Shown here one piece after another: positions 57,965 through 64,000 of a stretch of DNA of 64,000 nucleotides; positions within the stretch are counted from its first letter, which is position 1; every line of letters starts with the position of its first letter. The stretch is from the human T2T-CHM13v2.0 reference genome, Homo sapiens. The stretch lies in assembly GCF_009914755.1 (NCBI RefSeq), contig NC_060925.1, one strand, 5' to 3'. A program made the translations under genes and the position numbers. Below the pieces are notes generated by a model, which had not been told where the DNA came from, did not search any database, and saw only the letters and a list, made by a program, of their open reading frames with translations.

Positions 57965-59225
57965 CCTGTATTGGGTGCATATGTATTTAGGATAGTTAGC
58001 TCTTCTTGTTGCATTGATCCCTTTACCATTATGTAATGTCCTTCTTTGTCTCTTTTGATCTTTGTTGGTTTAAAGTATGTTTTATCAGAGACTAGGATGG
58101 CAACCCCTGCTTTTTTTGCTTTCCATTTGCTTGTTAAATAGTCCTCCATCTCTTTATTTTGAGCTTATGTGTGTCTTTGCACGTGAGATGGGTCTCCTGA
58201 ATACAGCACACTGATGGGTCTTGACTCTTTATCCAATTTGCCAGTCTGTGTCTTTTAATTGGAGCATTTAGCCCATTTTCATTTAAAATTAATATTGTTA
58301 TGTGTGTATTTGGTCCTGTCATTATGATGTTAGCTGGTTATTTTGCTCGTTAGTTGATGCAGTTTTCTTCCTAGCCTTGATGGTCTTTACATTTTGGCAT
58401 GATTTTGCAGCGACTGGTACCGGTTGTTCCTTTCCATGTTTAGTGCTTCCTTCAGGAGCTCTTGTAAGGCAGGCCTGGTGGTGACAAAAATCCCTCAGCA
58501 TTTGCTTGTCTGTAAAGGGTTTTATTTCTCCTTCGCTTGTGAAGCTAGTTTGGCTGGACATGAAATTCTGGGTTGAAAATTATTCTCTTTAAGAATGTTG
58601 AATATTGCCCCCGACTCTCTTCTGGCTTGTATGGTTTCTGCCGAGGGATCCACTGTTAGTCTGATGGGCTTCCCTTTGTGGGTAACCCGAACTTTCTCTC
58701 TGGCTGCCCTTAACATGTTTTCCTTCATTTCAACCTTGGTGGTTCAGACAATTATGTGTCTTGGGGTTGCTCTTCTCGAGGAGTATCTTTGTGGTGTTCT
58801 CTGTATTTCCTGAATTTGAATGTTGGCCTGTCTTGCTAGGCTGGGGAAGTTCTCCCGGATAATATCCTGAAGCACGCTTTCCAACTTGGCTCCATTCTCC
58901 CTGTAACTTTCAGGTACACCAATCAAATGAAGGTTTGGTCTTTTCACATAGTCCCATATTTCTTGGAGGCTTTGTTCATTTCTTTTCATTCTTTTTTCTC
59001 TAAACTTGTCTTCATGATTTACTTCATTAAGTCGATCTTCAATCTCTGATGTCCTTTCTTCTGCTTGATCAATTCAGCTATTGATACTTGTGTATGCTTC
59101 ACAGAGTTCTCATGCTGTGTTTTTAAGCTCCATCAGGTCATTTATGTTCTTCTCTAAACTAGTTATTCTAGTTAGCAATGCATCTAACCTTTTTTCAAGG
59201 TTCTTAGCTTCCTTGCATTAGGTTA
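57965..59225 (-). mobile_element. Inverted 5' segment of an L1PA7-like element (ORF1 C-terminal part plus start of the ORF2 endonuclease)
   Basis: Minus-strand ORFs KRNEQSLQEIWDYVKRPNL, RAAREK..THKGKPIRLT, MTGPNTHITIL.., AGVAILVSDKT.FKPTKIKRDKEGHYIMVKG. Confidence 0.93.
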
Positions 59226-59230
59226 ATAAA

Positions 59231-62921
<3,691 letters not shown>

Positions 62922-63289
62922 AAGAGTACAAAGACTATGAACTAAGTTTCCAGTGCTTCGCCTCAGTAAATGATTCAGAAATAAAGGACTTTGTTACCTG
63001 AGCATAACACTCAAAAAAGCCAGAAAGTTTATACTATCTGAAATTTGGCCTAAGAAAAATATAGAACAAATGGAGCTTACAATGATGCTTTAAGGATGCT
63101 ACATAGTCAACCCTGGTTGTGCTTTAAACACGGAGTTCCAGAAAGTTAAGGTTGTTTGTATTTGACCTGAAGAGTACGTATGGAACAAATGTTATAAATG
63201 CTGCATCGCCAGTCTTGTGTAGCTAAAACTTATATCCCAACGTAGTTTAAATCCTAGATTTGATGGAAGCAGTTTAACACAGGTTAATA

Positions 63290-63420
63290 TGATAGCGTTT
63301 GAAATAAGCTAGGCCTAGTTTCAAACCCTGGGTAACCTCTGAGCCTCAGTTTCTTCATTAGTTAAATGGGAATAATGAATCACTTTACAAAATTATTGTG
63401 CAGATGGAATAAAGTGCTTA
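63290..63420 (+). mobile_element. MIR fragment
   Basis: aacctctgagcctcagtttcttcatt..aaatgggaataat. Confidence 0.65.
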
Positions 63421-64000
63421 TTACATTCTCTCTTTCTCTAAGAATAGAAAGAACCCTCTGTTCTTTCTATTCTTTAAGTTTAATCTAATTTAATAGGTAT
63501 ACTAATATCTGACTTGCCTTCTCAAAATTGAAAAATAAAATTACAAAAAATTTTTAGCAATTAAAATATCAGATGTAGATATTGAAATCTTATAAACATG
63601 TTTCCTGTCTTTATTTCATATGAGAGGTATCATTAGGACTTTTGTCTTTATTAGCATATAACATTTATATCACAGAGTAAACCATTTGGGCTGATGATAT
63701 GTGTAAAATTCAGAAAACATAAGCATTCAATATGCATTATTCCTATTATATGTGTATTGATTTATACAAAAATTTATAAGAAACAATTTTTATGCACTTG
63801 AGAGAACACTAAATCATTCAAAATTTGGTATTTGTTAAGAAGTATGTTATGTCTGTATGGTAGATGTTTTAGATCATCACCTCAAGCTATTGATGCGAAA
63901 CTGTAACTAGATGCAATTTAACAAGCAATGGCTGAGTTTCCATTGTTTTCCTAGCATTAACTTAGGTACTGTCAGGAATATCAAGAAATTGAGTGTCAAT

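Overview
Primate (very probably human) genomic DNA from inside the large brain-expressed gene LRRC7 (Densin-180, a LAP-family LRR+PDZ protein), transcribed on the + strand. Only two coding exons are present: 11228-11430 (203 nt, ...[20 protein letters not shown]...EELPK) and 43029-43146 (118 nt, [10 protein letters not shown]...LDISKN-G). A 31.6-kb GT-AG intron separates them. The rest is AT-rich intron made largely of transposon fossils: Alu S/J, L1PA/L1MA/L1MB/L1ME, HAL1, L2, MIR, CR1, MaLR LTRs (MSTD, THE1, MLT1), DNA MITEs (MER53, Tigger4b, MER104, MER5), a tailless U2 snRNA retrocopy, microsatellites and small tandem duplications. Apart from the ORF overlapping the first exon and the decayed L1 ORF1/ORF2 pieces, the ORF track looks spurious. 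I cannot show a new biological system from sequence alone. The best leads are RNA-processing hypotheses: (i) the two exons form a 321-nt in-frame unit whose back-spliced circle would be a stop-free ORF with an ATG, flanked by inverted Alus; (ii) a recursive-splice-type AG|GT site at 3437-3440; (iii) UG-flanked candidate cryptic exons. Repeat subfamily names and the boundaries of old repeats were judged by eye from remembered consensus sequences and are approximate.
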